Below are positions 47,229 through 56,381 of a stretch of DNA of 64,000 nt, in pieces. Every line of letters starts with the position of its first letter. Positions within the stretch are counted from its first letter, which is position 1. This DNA comes from an uncultured Clostridia bacterium (GTDB lineage: Bacteria; Bacillota; Clostridia; TANB77; CAG-508): positions 10,010 to 74,009 of the forward strand of contig CAKPLT010000007.1 of assembly GCA_934167755.1 (NCBI GenBank), in the 5' to 3' direction. Both the position numbers and the translations under genes were made by a program. Under the pieces are notes generated by a model. It saw nothing but the letters and a program-made list of their open reading frames with translations. It did no database searches and was not told the origin of the DNA.

Positions 47229-47738
47229 CTACTTTAAATAATCTAATGGATTAACATATTCACTATTTATTCTAAATCCTATATGCAAGTGACAGCCTGT
47301 AGTTGCACCATTTGTTGGCTTTCCAGTTGTATCTTTGTAATTGTTTCCTGCAACTCCATATACATATTTAGGTCCAACATTTCCAATTATTTGTCCTTGT
47401 TCTATTTTATCACCGATAGATACAATATAATTTGGAGAAACATGACAATATGATATTTTAAGTTGATTTTCTGTAGTTATTGTTATTGTATATCCTCCAC
47501 CTCCAAGAAAGCCTATAAATGTTATTTCTCCATTACATATTGCTATTAATGTTGTTCCTTCAGGTGCTGGAATGTCTACTCCTTTATGATATGTTGAAGC
47601 ACCTGATGTTGGCGCACTCCTTTTTCCAAACGGAGATGATATTGCTGTATATCCAGGAATTGGCCATGCAAAATTTAAATCTCCATAAAAAATTAATTCT
47701 CCTTTATTAGTTTCTTGTAAATCATTGCTTGTAGACAT
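47229..47738 (-). CDS. small M23 family peptidase
   Basis: 169 aa from the ATG, with motifs YHKGVDIP...GCHLHIGFRIN. The in-frame upstream sequence encodes a TM-like segment without a canonical start (see findings). Confidence 0.8.
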   Translation of the reverse strand: MSTSNDLQETNKGELIFYGDLNFAWPIPGYTAISSPFGKRSAPTSGASTYHKGVDIPAPEGTTLIAICNGEITFIGFLGGGGYTITITTENQLKISYCHVSPNYIVSIGDKIEQGQIIGNVGPKYVYGVAGNNYKDTTGKPTNGATTGCHLHIGFRINSEYVNPLDYLK

Positions 47739-47855
47739 TGCAGGTATAAATAAAATACATATTATTATTGAAAAAATAATTATTCCTGTTATTAATTTAT
47801 TTATAAATACACACCTCTTTCTAATAATAATATATTTCTCAATAGCATCTACCTA

Positions 47856-47894
47856 AAAAGAAGCTTAGTTTCTTTTTAAAACTAAACTTCTTTT
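47856..47894 (-). terminator. second hairpin downstream of tRNA-Trp
   Basis: Minus strand reads AAAAGAAGUUUAGUUU-loop-AAACUAAGCUUCUUUU, followed by UAGG. Confidence 0.4.
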
Positions 47895-47898
47895 CTCC

Positions 47899-47930
47899 AT
47901 GAAAAATAGGTTTTAAAATTAAAACCTATT
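47899..47930 (-). terminator. rho-independent terminator after tRNA-Trp
   Basis: Minus strand reads AAUAGGUUUU-AAUUUU-AAAACCUAUU, followed by UUUC. Confidence 0.6.
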
Positions 47931-47952
47931 GCCCCCTAAATCTTTATATATA

Positions 47953-48027
47953 TGGCAGGGGTAGAAGGATTCGAACCCTCACAGGCGGTTTTGGAGACCG
48001 ATGTGCTACCATTGACACTATACCCCT
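47953..48027 (-). tRNA. tRNA-Trp (anticodon CCA), CCA end encoded
   Basis: The reverse complement folds as a cloverleaf. The acceptor stem is AGGGGTA/TACCCCT, the D arm is GTGT..GCAC and the anticodon loop is CT-CCA-AA. The T arm is GAGGG-TTCGAAT-CCTTC, with discriminator G and CCA. Confidence 0.9.
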
Positions 48028-48112
48028 ACATCACCTTATTATATTAACACATTAAATAATTTTTGACAATACTTTTTAAAAAAAATTTTTAAATTTATAA
48101 TTATATCAAATT

Positions 48113-48224
48113 AATCAAAGAAATATCATTTTAAAGTGAAACAAGGTGTTTTAAATTTGTTTTTAAACAAATTTAAAATAGCGAAGCGTCCGCAGTTAAA
48201 CGGTAAAATGATATTTCTTTGATT
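48113..48224. repeat. long nested palindrome (element B): 21-bp perfect outer inverted repeat and 14-bp inner hairpin
   Basis: AATCAAAGAAATATCATTTTA (48113-48133) pairs with TAAAATGATATTTCTTTGATT (48204-48224). The inner stem is TTTTAAATTTGTTT / AAACAAATTTAAAA. It lies between the trmB stop and tRNA-Trp. Confidence 0.75.
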
Positions 48225-48254
48225 TAATATTTTTTATTAATTAATACACTTTTA

Positions 48255-48917
48255 TTAAAATTTTTTTGCAATTAATGCTTTTATTTTTATTCCTTGCTCA
48301 GAAAACATCTTCTCATGTTCTGTTTCAATGTTATTTTCCCAAATTGGTTCTGAATGTAAATCATAAGTTTTTTTCAAAATTGTAAAACCAGACTCTTCAA
48401 AATATTCTAAACTTGCATTAAATAAGCTATCATCATCTGTTTTAAAATAAATTTCTCCATCTTTTGCTAAAAATGTCTTATATTTTTCTAATTGTCTTGT
48501 ATGTGTTAATCTCTTCTTTCTATGTTTTCCCTTTGGCCATGGATTGCAAAAATTTATGTATATTCTTTTAATATTATCTTGTTCTCCTAATATTAAAGTT
48601 ATTCTTTCAATATCAAATCTTGTTAATATTACATTCTCTATTTCTTTATTTTGTTCTTGATAAATTTGCTCAACATTCCTTTTTGCAAGGCCTAGCATTG
48701 CATCAACTAAATCTATTGCAATATAATTTGTGTCATGATTCTGAATAGCTAATTGTGATATAAATTGCCCTTTTCCACATCCTAGTTCCAAATGGATTGG
48801 GTTATCCTGGTTTTTAAATTCTTGTATCCATTTATTTTTTAACTGTTCTGGATTATCTCTATAAAAGTTACTTGCCTCTAATTCTGGTCTTGCCCAAGGT
48901 TTAAATCTTATTCTCAT
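48255..48917 (-). CDS. trmB: tRNA (guanine-N7)-methyltransferase
   Basis: 220-aa ORF with the SAM motif LELGCGKGQF and NFCNPWPKGKHRKKRL, typical of TrmB. Confidence 0.9.
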   Translation of the reverse strand: MRIRFKPWARPELEASNFYRDNPEQLKNKWIQEFKNQDNPIHLELGCGKGQFISQLAIQNHDTNYIAIDLVDAMLGLAKRNVEQIYQEQNKEIENVILTRFDIERITLILGEQDNIKRIYINFCNPWPKGKHRKKRLTHTRQLEKYKTFLAKDGEIYFKTDDDSLFNASLEYFEESGFTILKKTYDLHSEPIWENNIETEHEKMFSEQGIKIKALIAKKF

Positions 48918-49470
48918 CTAAATTCTCCATTCTAATACAATATTTTTCATATAATTTTTTAATATTTTTCTTTGTTAGTGTTTTGTTAATTCCATTTTCA
49001 CTTATTTCTGTTAATACAGCAATCATAAACTTATTTGTTTGTGGATGTATTAAATTTTTTCTTTCTTTACTTGTATAATAATCTAGCTGTGTATGGTTAG
49101 TCCATTTCTTTCCATTATATACTATCCCTGCTGCAAGTTCATCACATACCATTTCTGCAACATATTTATATGGCATCATTATAGCTTGTTCAGGTAATGA
49201 TAAATCAACCCAATATTGATGATGATGTTTATTTCTCCCTTTATGATGTAACCATGCTTCTGAATATCCTTTATCTGCTTTACATACCATTATTGGGCTT
49301 TTATGGCCATTATAATATTTTACACTTTCCCAAAATTCAGTTGGTGAAAATTTTGACCAGTCATGCATAAATCCTCTCCATGGCATTCCTATTTTGCAAC
49401 ATAACTTGAATACAAGCCATTTGTGCTTTGTTACAAGTTTTATGTGTTTAAATATATTTCCTATTTTCAT
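48901..49470 (-). CDS. conserved hypothetical protein (His-rich helical; DUF5662-like by recollection)
   Basis: 189-aa ORF overlapping the trmB start by 17 nt. The stretch HDWSKFSP...WLHHKGRNKHHHQYW suggests a metal-binding helical domain. The family assignment is tentative. Confidence 0.5.
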   Translation of the reverse strand: MKIGNIFKHIKLVTKHKWLVFKLCCKIGMPWRGFMHDWSKFSPTEFWESVKYYNGHKSPIMVCKADKGYSEAWLHHKGRNKHHHQYWVDLSLPEQAIMMPYKYVAEMVCDELAAGIVYNGKKWTNHTQLDYYTSKERKNLIHPQTNKFMIAVLTEISENGINKTLTKKNIKKLYEKYCIRMENLDENKI

Positions 49471-49601
49471 TATCTATTCATCCTTTCCAAAGATAAAAAC
49501 CAATATAACAACTATATCATAATTTTCATTAAATTGCTACTATTCGACAGATTTTTCTTTTTTAAATGTTACAGGTTAATGTTTTATTTAAAATTAATAT
49601 G

Positions 49602-49788
49602 AAGAAATACTTGAAATATAAGCTTTAAATGAAATGACGAATGTGAATGGAGAAATTTTAGAAATTCTATGCAGATTTATGGAAAGAGTTCACGAGAGTG
49701 GAAGGGTGCCATAAATCAAGTTAGAATTTCTTAAATTTCATAATAAGCCGAGGAATGTAATGAAAAGCTTATATTTCAAGTATTTCTT
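49602..49788. repeat. structured palindromic element A, copy 2: the same ~137-nt core nested in a different 25-bp perfect inverted repeat
   Basis: Outer stem is AAGAAATACTTGAAATATAAGCTTT (49602-49626) paired with its exact complement (49764-49788). The core at 49627-49763 matches 7988-8125 with a few paired changes. Confidence 0.8.
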
Positions 49789-49837
49789 ATAAAAAAATTT
49801 TAAAAAACCACCTACATTCAAAGGCGGTTCTCATTCT

Positions 49838-50653
49838 TTATTTTATATCTCTATATTTTTGATTTTTCTTATACATTATAATTGTAACACCAAGTGCTAT
49901 TAATATTGCTACTATAATTACTGCACTCAATCCTGCTTTATCATAATTTTTATTAGCAATTGTTGTATCACTATCTCCTCCAACTGTTACTGTAACTCCA
50001 TCAGTTGTTGGTTGATTTTGTGCTGGTTCTTGAGGTGTTCCATTATCACTTGGTTCTTCTGTATCTGTTGATGGCTCATCATCAGTATCTGTTGAAGAAT
50101 CATCTGTTGATGGTTTGTCTGTATCCGTAGTTGGCTTATCTGTTGCCGGTTTGTCTGTGTCTGTAGTTGGTTTGTCTGTATCTGTTGCTTTTATCTTTAT
50201 TGTAATTTCTTGGTCTGAAGTTTTTGCTGTTCCTTCTGCATCTGTTCTTCCATCACTTGCTTCTAATTCTTTAAATTTAACAATTCCTGAACCAGTAGCT
50301 GAATCTTTTACTTTTAAAATTATTGTACCATTTGTTCCTCCATCTTTTACAATTGAAATACAATTAAAATTTCCTGTTTCTGCATTTAATGTTGCAGATC
50401 CTGTTCCATCTGATGGAATTTCAAAAAAGTTTTTATCCCATTCCAATACACCTGTTATTGCTGATACAGAATTATTTTCTGCATTTGCTATATTTGTTGT
50501 TTTTAGTGTAAATATAACTTTATCTCCTGCTGAAACTTCTGTCTTATCGGCTGATGCTTCAATTTTAGCTTGAAGTTGTGCTGCATATGAATTTCCAACA
50601 AATAATAAAGACATTAAACTAATTATTAAAATACTTACTATTGTTTTTTTCAT
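49838..50653 (-). CDS. cohesin-domain protein with TD/KP-rich repeat linker and C-terminal membrane anchor
   Basis: Signal peptide (MKKTIVSILIISLMSLLFVGNSYA). A ~130-aa beta-rich domain follows with a cohesin-like pattern (GDKVIFTLKTTNIANAENNSVSAITGVLEWDKNFFEI...GIVKFKELEASD). Next come (KPTTDTD)n-like repeats and a C-terminal TM plus basic tail (LSAVIIVAILIALGVTIIMYKKNQK). Confidence 0.65.
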   Translation of the reverse strand: MKKTIVSILIISLMSLLFVGNSYAAQLQAKIEASADKTEVSAGDKVIFTLKTTNIANAENNSVSAITGVLEWDKNFFEIPSDGTGSATLNAETGNFNCISIVKDGGTNGTIILKVKDSATGSGIVKFKELEASDGRTDAEGTAKTSDQEITIKIKATDTDKPTTDTDKPATDKPTTDTDKPSTDDSSTDTDDEPSTDTEEPSDNGTPQEPAQNQPTTDGVTVTVGGDSDTTIANKNYDKAGLSAVIIVAILIALGVTIIMYKKNQKYRDIK

Positions 50654-50670
50654 TTTAAATTATCCTTTCT

Positions 50671-53600
50671 TTATTTTATTCCAGCCGCATATTTTGAAAT
50701 TGCTGCTATATCAGCTGTTTTTATGTTTCCATCTGAATTCACATCTATAATAGTTTTCTCTAATTCAGTTGGAATAATTATTTTAGCTGCTATTTTTGAT
50801 ATTCTTGCTAATTCAGCTGTTGTAATTGTTCCCGTTCCGTTTAAATCTCCCCAAACTATAATTGTATATATCTTACCATTTTCCATTTTTATTTGTTGAC
50901 CTGTTGCTAACTTTTCTGTATTTAATAATTTGTATCCTTTTGAGTTTACTATTTCATATGGCATTTCATTTTGTAAATTTTTTATAAGTTCTTCAACTTT
51001 CATTCCTGGTTTGATATTTTTTATTATAAGTTTGTTTTCATCAACAATTTGTACATTTGATGTAATAACATCTGATACACTAATTTCAAATTCAATCGTT
51101 GTTTTATTTTCAAATATATCTGTTGCAGTCAAAGTGTATTTTCCTGCCCCTTTAATTGTATCTCCTGCTTTATAATCTGCCACACTTGCTCCATTTTTCA
51201 TTAATAATACTGTAAATTTGTTTTCATCTTGAATTATTGGAGTTACTGCTTCACTATATATTTTTCCATTTTCAACACCTGTAATTATTGGTGCTGTTTT
51301 ATCTATTTTAACTTGAATACTTATTACTTGTATGTTTCCAGCTTCATCTATTAAATTTACATTTTCATCTGTATCTGTTGTATAAGTTTTTGTTAATATT
51401 GTTTTTCCATTCGTAAGATTCATTGAAGCCCATCCATCTATTTTTTCAACTTTTTCGTTTGTGGTTATGGTAACAATTACTTGTTTATTTTTTACTTCTT
51501 TTGTAACTGTTGCAACTGGTGGTTCTTTATCTATGTTTTGTACTGTTGCTTTTTCTGTTCCCTCAAATCCATATTTGTCAATAAAGTTAAATGAAAATTC
51601 TCCATTTTTATTAAATTCATATGTATTTTTTCCATCATTGTTTGTTATTGTTACTTCACTTCTATTAAATGTAATTGTTGCTGTTATATTTTTATTAGTT
51701 TTTACAGTATTTGATGGATTATATGTTATTTTTCCTTCAAGTGGTGGTGCAATAGTTAATATTGTTCCATGTGCTTTTCCACCATAAATCTCAACTTGTG
51801 CAATCTCTCCATTTAATTGTTCAATATCAACTATTACATTATTTCCTGTTGAATCTAATGTACAGTTAGTTGTTATTAAATCTGAGCTTGTATATAATTT
51901 ATTGTTTGAGTCTTTCGCAGCTTTAAATATTTGAGGTAATTCTACATTAACTTGTCCTGATGTATTTTTTTCTAATCCTCTTACTATTTTTTGTCCTGTT
52001 ACAGATAGTGTCTGCTCCTCTGACATTGATATATTTGATAATACTGTTACATCTTCAATATTGTTATTATCCATTCTTAAATTATTAATTGTACGATGTG
52101 ATGATAATGGTGATATATCTTTAACTTTATTTCCTGCAAATTCTAGTTCATAAAATACTTTTCCTTTTATAGGTTGTAAACTTTGTACTTCATTGTTATT
52201 AAAATATAAATACTTTAAATCTAATCCTGATAAAATATCTATATTTTCTATTTGATTTCCATTAATATTTAATGTTGATAACTTCGTTAGTTTATTTAAT
52301 TTTGATATTTTTTGATCATTAAGTTCTTCATTAGCTATAGATAAACTTTGTAGTGTTGTTATATTTTCTATTCCATCTATATCATTTAATTTATTATCTG
52401 ATATGTTTAACCCAACTAAAGTTGTTGCTCTATTTTTACTCGTAAATGATTCTGTTAACTTATTTATACTATCTATATTTGTCATTCCTGTATTTGATAA
52501 ATCCAGTGTGTTTAACACTGTCATTTTTTCTAATGATGAATTATTATCTGCTATGTTTGAATTGTTTGATAAATACAATAATTGCAATTTGACACATGTT
52601 GACAATGGATCAATGTTTTTTACATCATTATTTTGCAAGTATAATGTATTTAAATTATAAAAATTTTCTAGCCCTGTTAAATCTTTTATTTTTGTATTAA
52701 CTGATGAATCTGTGTGTTGTAGATCAAGTTTTGTTATTTTTGAAATTGCATCTTGATTTATATTTATTATTTTAGGTACTCTTGCTAAATATTTTATGTT
52801 TTTTGAATTTTCAGCATTATTTAGCTCTTTTTCTATTGAAGCATCTAAATTCTCGTCTACAAATAATAATGAGTCAATTAAACACTGAACATTTCCTTGT
52901 GTTCCAATTGTAAATTTTAATGTTGTGCCATCTGCAACTCCACCTACAATTTTGGCAGTTAAAGTATCATTTTTTGTCTTTTGATAATCTATGATCACAT
53001 TATATTGGCTAGGGTTCGTATAATCAGGGTTTAAAGTAACTCCATCAAATTCAAATTTCGCATCTGAAGAATATATAAAGTTTCCTTCTGTTTTAATATA
53101 CTTAAAAATATTAGGTAAAATTATGTAATGATTTACATTAGCTGTTTTCTTAAATAGTCCGAATGTAATGTCTTGATTTTGTAAATATAGTCCTTCACTA
53201 AAACTATTTTTGCTCAATGGATCAACATTATAAATATGATTCTCAGATATATCTAGCCATGTTATATCAGCTGGATAGTCAGCCAATATGCTTACATCTA
53301 TAATTTCATTTCCTCTTAAGTCTATTTTGCCTGCTTTTAATGTATTTTCTGTTTTAACTACGCTTTCTCCATTAACAGTTTCTTTTTGAATAAAATATTG
53401 TATTTGGTTAGTTTGTATTTTGTTATTAGCTAAGTCTATATATTTTAAGTTTTTTAGCTTTGCAAGTCCTGATAAGTTTGTTATATCATTTGATGCTAAG
53501 TGTAATTCTTCTAAAGTTGTTAATTTGGTGAAATTGTTAAAAGCAATTGTTGGTCTTTTGCCACTAACTCCTATACTGCTTAAATTTAATACTTTAATGT

Positions 53601-54456
53601 TTTGCAAATATGGTACTATTTCTTTTCCATTATTATAAGTTGCATATATTGAATTTAAGCCAGCACTAGATATGTTTAAATTATCTTGTGCATATAATTT
53701 TTCAAGTTTAGACAATTGTTCAATTCCATCATGTACTGTTGTTCCAGATGCTCCTGAAAATGTTGTTATTCCTGTACCAGCTACATTTAATTCTGTTAAA
53801 TTATTAAATACTACTAATTGTTTAAAATCTGTAAAACTTTTATTAACAGATATGTCTAATGATGTAATTCCTGTTAAGGCTGATATACTTTCAACTGTAC
53901 TTATATTATTTTTAGAAATTATTAGTTTTGTTAAATTTGTTAAATTTGTTAAATTTGATAATTGGTCTCCATTTAATTGTGTATTTGACATATTTAATTC
54001 TTTTAAGGATGTTAATTTTGATACTGTTCCTAGAATTGAATTATTTGCAGGATTATCAGATAAATTTAAATTTTGAATTTTAGATAATCCACTTATTGAA
54101 TTTGCATTTGTTATAGCATTTCCTGATAAGTTTAGAATAGTTAAATTGGTGAATTTTTCTAATCCTGTAAGGTTAAATATTTTTACATCATTCACTCCTT
54201 GCAAATTTAATTCAGTTATATTAGAAATATCATCTATTGATACTTCTATTGTTTGATCAGTATCATTTTCATTGTATGCAATTTTCTTTGATTTAAATTG
54301 TTTTTTCATTGTTTCATATAAATTTTTATCTGCAAATGTTATTATTGTTGGGTTTGTTATTATAGCTCCAGAAGCATAAATAATTGCAGAAAAACTAACT
54401 AATAAAACAATTAAAATTGAAATAATTGAAATTCTTTTTGCTTTAGTTTTTTTCAC
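50671..54456 (-). CDS. large surface protein: internalin-like LRR blocks, Ig-like/beta domains and a C-terminal type I dockerin
   Basis: About 1260 aa with two blocks of ~22-aa LRRs (LxxLxxLxLsxNxIxdI). The C-terminus has two EF-hand-like dockerin segments (GDLNGTGTITTAELARI and DVNSDGNIKTADIAAI). The likely start is GTG at 54456 (RBS GGAGGA, giving MKKTKAKRISIISILIV signal). Alternatives are the ATG at 54471 and the track start at 54516. Confidence 0.8.
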   Translation of the reverse strand: MKKTKAKRISIISILIVLLVSFSAIIYASGAIITNPTIITFADKNLYETMKKQFKSKKIAYNENDTDQTIEVSIDDISNITELNLQGVNDVKIFNLTGLEKFTNLTILNLSGNAITNANSISGLSKIQNLNLSDNPANNSILGTVSKLTSLKELNMSNTQLNGDQLSNLTNLTNLTKLIISKNNISTVESISALTGITSLDISVNKSFTDFKQLVVFNNLTELNVAGTGITTFSGASGTTVHDGIEQLSKLEKLYAQDNLNISSAGLNSIYATYNNGKEIVPYLQNIKVLNLSSIGVSGKRPTIAFNNFTKLTTLEELHLASNDITNLSGLAKLKNLKYIDLANNKIQTNQIQYFIQKETVNGESVVKTENTLKAGKIDLRGNEIIDVSILADYPADITWLDISENHIYNVDPLSKNSFSEGLYLQNQDITFGLFKKTANVNHYIILPNIFKYIKTEGNFIYSSDAKFEFDGVTLNPDYTNPSQYNVIIDYQKTKNDTLTAKIVGGVADGTTLKFTIGTQGNVQCLIDSLLFVDENLDASIEKELNNAENSKNIKYLARVPKIININQDAISKITKLDLQHTDSSVNTKIKDLTGLENFYNLNTLYLQNNDVKNIDPLSTCVKLQLLYLSNNSNIADNNSSLEKMTVLNTLDLSNTGMTNIDSINKLTESFTSKNRATTLVGLNISDNKLNDIDGIENITTLQSLSIANEELNDQKISKLNKLTKLSTLNINGNQIENIDILSGLDLKYLYFNNNEVQSLQPIKGKVFYELEFAGNKVKDISPLSSHRTINNLRMDNNNIEDVTVLSNISMSEEQTLSVTGQKIVRGLEKNTSGQVNVELPQIFKAAKDSNNKLYTSSDLITTNCTLDSTGNNVIVDIEQLNGEIAQVEIYGGKAHGTILTIAPPLEGKITYNPSNTVKTNKNITATITFNRSEVTITNNDGKNTYEFNKNGEFSFNFIDKYGFEGTEKATVQNIDKEPPVATVTKEVKNKQVIVTITTNEKVEKIDGWASMNLTNGKTILTKTYTTDTDENVNLIDEAGNIQVISIQVKIDKTAPIITGVENGKIYSEAVTPIIQDENKFTVLLMKNGASVADYKAGDTIKGAGKYTLTATDIFENKTTIEFEISVSDVITSNVQIVDENKLIIKNIKPGMKVEELIKNLQNEMPYEIVNSKGYKLLNTEKLATGQQIKMENGKIYTIIVWGDLNGTGTITTAELARISKIAAKIIIPTELEKTIIDVNSDGNIKTADIAAISKYAAGIK

Positions 54457-54522
54457 TTTTTCATCCTCCATGTATTTTACTGTTACAATTATATAAAAAC
54501 TACTTTTTTTTGTCAATAAAAT

Positions 54523-54607
54523 ACAAAAAAATCTCTATTTTTATGATACTATTTTTTGTGTTTTAAGTCAAAGGAAAACTTTGACAAAATCATATCATAA
54601 AAATAGA
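54523..54607 (-). terminator. compound hairpin/terminator after spoIVB
   Basis: Minus strand has UCUAUUUUUAUGAUA...UAUCAUAAAAAUAGA (15 bp) enclosing GUCAAAG-UUUUC-CUUUGAC, followed by GAUUUUUUUG. Confidence 0.5.
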
Positions 54608-54623
54608 AACTTTAGTTTATTCT

Positions 54624-55679
54624 CTATTCTAATTCACTTAGCATTCTATCTGCAAATACAGCATATCCTATAGTTGGATCTTTAATAAAAACATGTGTAA
54701 TTGCCCCACAAAATTTTCCATTTTGTATAATAGGAGAGCCACTCATTCCTTGAATAATTCCTCCTGTTTTATTTAATAGTTCATCATCTTTTATCTTAAT
54801 TATCATACTTTTATTATCATAATTATTATTCAAATAAGTTTTTTGTATTTCAACTTTATATTCTTTTAACTGTCCATCTATATTAGATAAAATTATAGCA
54901 TCTCCCAAACTTATTTCTTGTCTTTCTGCAACATTCATTTTCTTTGAATAGTCTATATTTAAATTTTCTGAATTTTTTATTATTCCATATATTCCATATT
55001 GTGTGTTTTTATAAATGTTTCCAATAACACTGTTTTGCTTTATGCTTCCTTGAATTTTTCCTGGCTGTTGCTCTTGTCCTTTTACTACAGATATTATACT
55101 TACATTATCAATTTCACCTGATGATGTTTGCATTATTTCACCTGTATCTATATCTGTTATTGCATGTCCTAATGCTGCAAAACTTTGTGTTTCTTCATTA
55201 TAAAATGTTACAGTTCCAACTCCTGCTGCACTGTCTCTAACCCATAATCCTATTTTATAAATTCCTGATTTGTCTTGTACAGGGGTAATTTCACATATAT
55301 TTTTTTCATTATTTCTCACATATGTTATTTTGATTTTTTCTCCATTATACATATTTATTGCATCTATTAATTCTTGTGTACTATTTATAACATTATCATT
55401 TACTTCTATTATGGAATCTCCTTCTTCTATTCCTGTATTTTCATATGGTTTATATGTTATCCCATCTATGTTTTGTATTCCAGATGTACCAACAACTAAT
55501 ACTCCACTTGTATACAATTTTATTCCTACAACTTCTCCTATTGGTATTACTTGAATATCTGAAATTCTTACTTCTTCTCCTCTTACAGCTATCGTTTCAG
55601 GTATATAACTTCTAGATAAAATAAACATATATAAAAAAAATAATACAAATAAAAAAATAAATTTTTTGAGTGTTTTCAT
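54624..55679 (-). CDS. spoIVB: SpoIVB peptidase (S55, stage IV sporulation signalling protease)
   Basis: 351-aa ORF with an N-terminal TM, a PDZ (GIEEGDSIIEVNDNVINS) and the S55 catalytic region (HAITD...GIIQGMSGSPIIQNGKFCGAITHVF). Confidence 0.9.
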   Translation of the reverse strand: MKTLKKFIFLFVLFFLYMFILSRSYIPETIAVRGEEVRISDIQVIPIGEVVGIKLYTSGVLVVGTSGIQNIDGITYKPYENTGIEEGDSIIEVNDNVINSTQELIDAINMYNGEKIKITYVRNNEKNICEITPVQDKSGIYKIGLWVRDSAAGVGTVTFYNEETQSFAALGHAITDIDTGEIMQTSSGEIDNVSIISVVKGQEQQPGKIQGSIKQNSVIGNIYKNTQYGIYGIIKNSENLNIDYSKKMNVAERQEISLGDAIILSNIDGQLKEYKVEIQKTYLNNNYDNKSMIIKIKDDELLNKTGGIIQGMSGSPIIQNGKFCGAITHVFIKDPTIGYAVFADRMLSELE

Positions 55680-55763
55680 AAAATTTCACTCCTTCATTTT
55701 TTATTATTTGTATCTAACTTTATTTTTATACAAATTGTAGCTTTTTATATACTAGGAAAGTAT

Positions 55764-55805
55764 ATAAAAAAATGATTAATTTTCAAAATTCAAAATTAAT
55801 CATTT
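55764..55805 (-). terminator. rho-independent terminator ending the pilus-like operon
   Basis: Minus strand reads AAAUGAUUAAUUUU-GAAUUUUG-AAAAUUAAUCAUUU followed by UUUUAUAUAC, starting right after the stop at 55806. Confidence 0.7.
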
Positions 55806-56357
55806 TTATGTTGCACCATTTATATTTATTGTTCCTGATGAACTAGCAGCTATAATTTGTAAGTTTCCTGTTGTTGCAGTATTATAAAAGCCTTTTAATA
55901 CTTGTGATAATGTTTGGCTACTATTTTTTACAGTAACAAATATTAAATCTCCTTGTTTTAGAATAAGCTGTCCTGTTCTATTATTTTCAGTTATTTGAGA
56001 GGATATTCCAATTTTATCTTCAACTTGACTTGTATATATTGAATAATATGTATTATTTCCTATTTCTGTTGGATTTGCTTGTGTAATAACTTTTGATGTT
56101 GTTTCATCTAATATTTTTACTTCCATATCTATATTATATGTATTTCCAGATGATTGTAAACTAGAGATAAATTTTTGATAATTTTCAACTGTTATTTTAC
56201 CTGTTTTAATAACTTCATTTACAAATTCTGATGTTGCTGTTTGAACTAATAATTGCGATATATCATCAGATCTGTCAGCAATCAATATTAATGGAGCTAT
56301 AAACATTATAATACATGCAGCTATTATTGCTATTATTGAAATTACTGTATCATCCAT
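55806..56357 (-). CDS. pilin-like / pseudopilin-like protein F (N-terminal hydrophobic helix plus beta-rich domain)
   Basis: 183-aa ORF with MDDTVISIIAIIAACIIMFIAPLILIA followed by a soluble domain. It is the last gene of the operon. Confidence 0.5.
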   Translation of the reverse strand: MDDTVISIIAIIAACIIMFIAPLILIADRSDDISQLLVQTATSEFVNEVIKTGKITVENYQKFISSLQSSGNTYNIDMEVKILDETTSKVITQANPTEIGNNTYYSIYTSQVEDKIGISSQITENNRTGQLILKQGDLIFVTVKNSSQTLSQVLKGFYNTATTGNLQIIAASSSGTININGAT

Positions 56358-56381
56358 ATTGTTCTTTAATCCTTTCTAATG

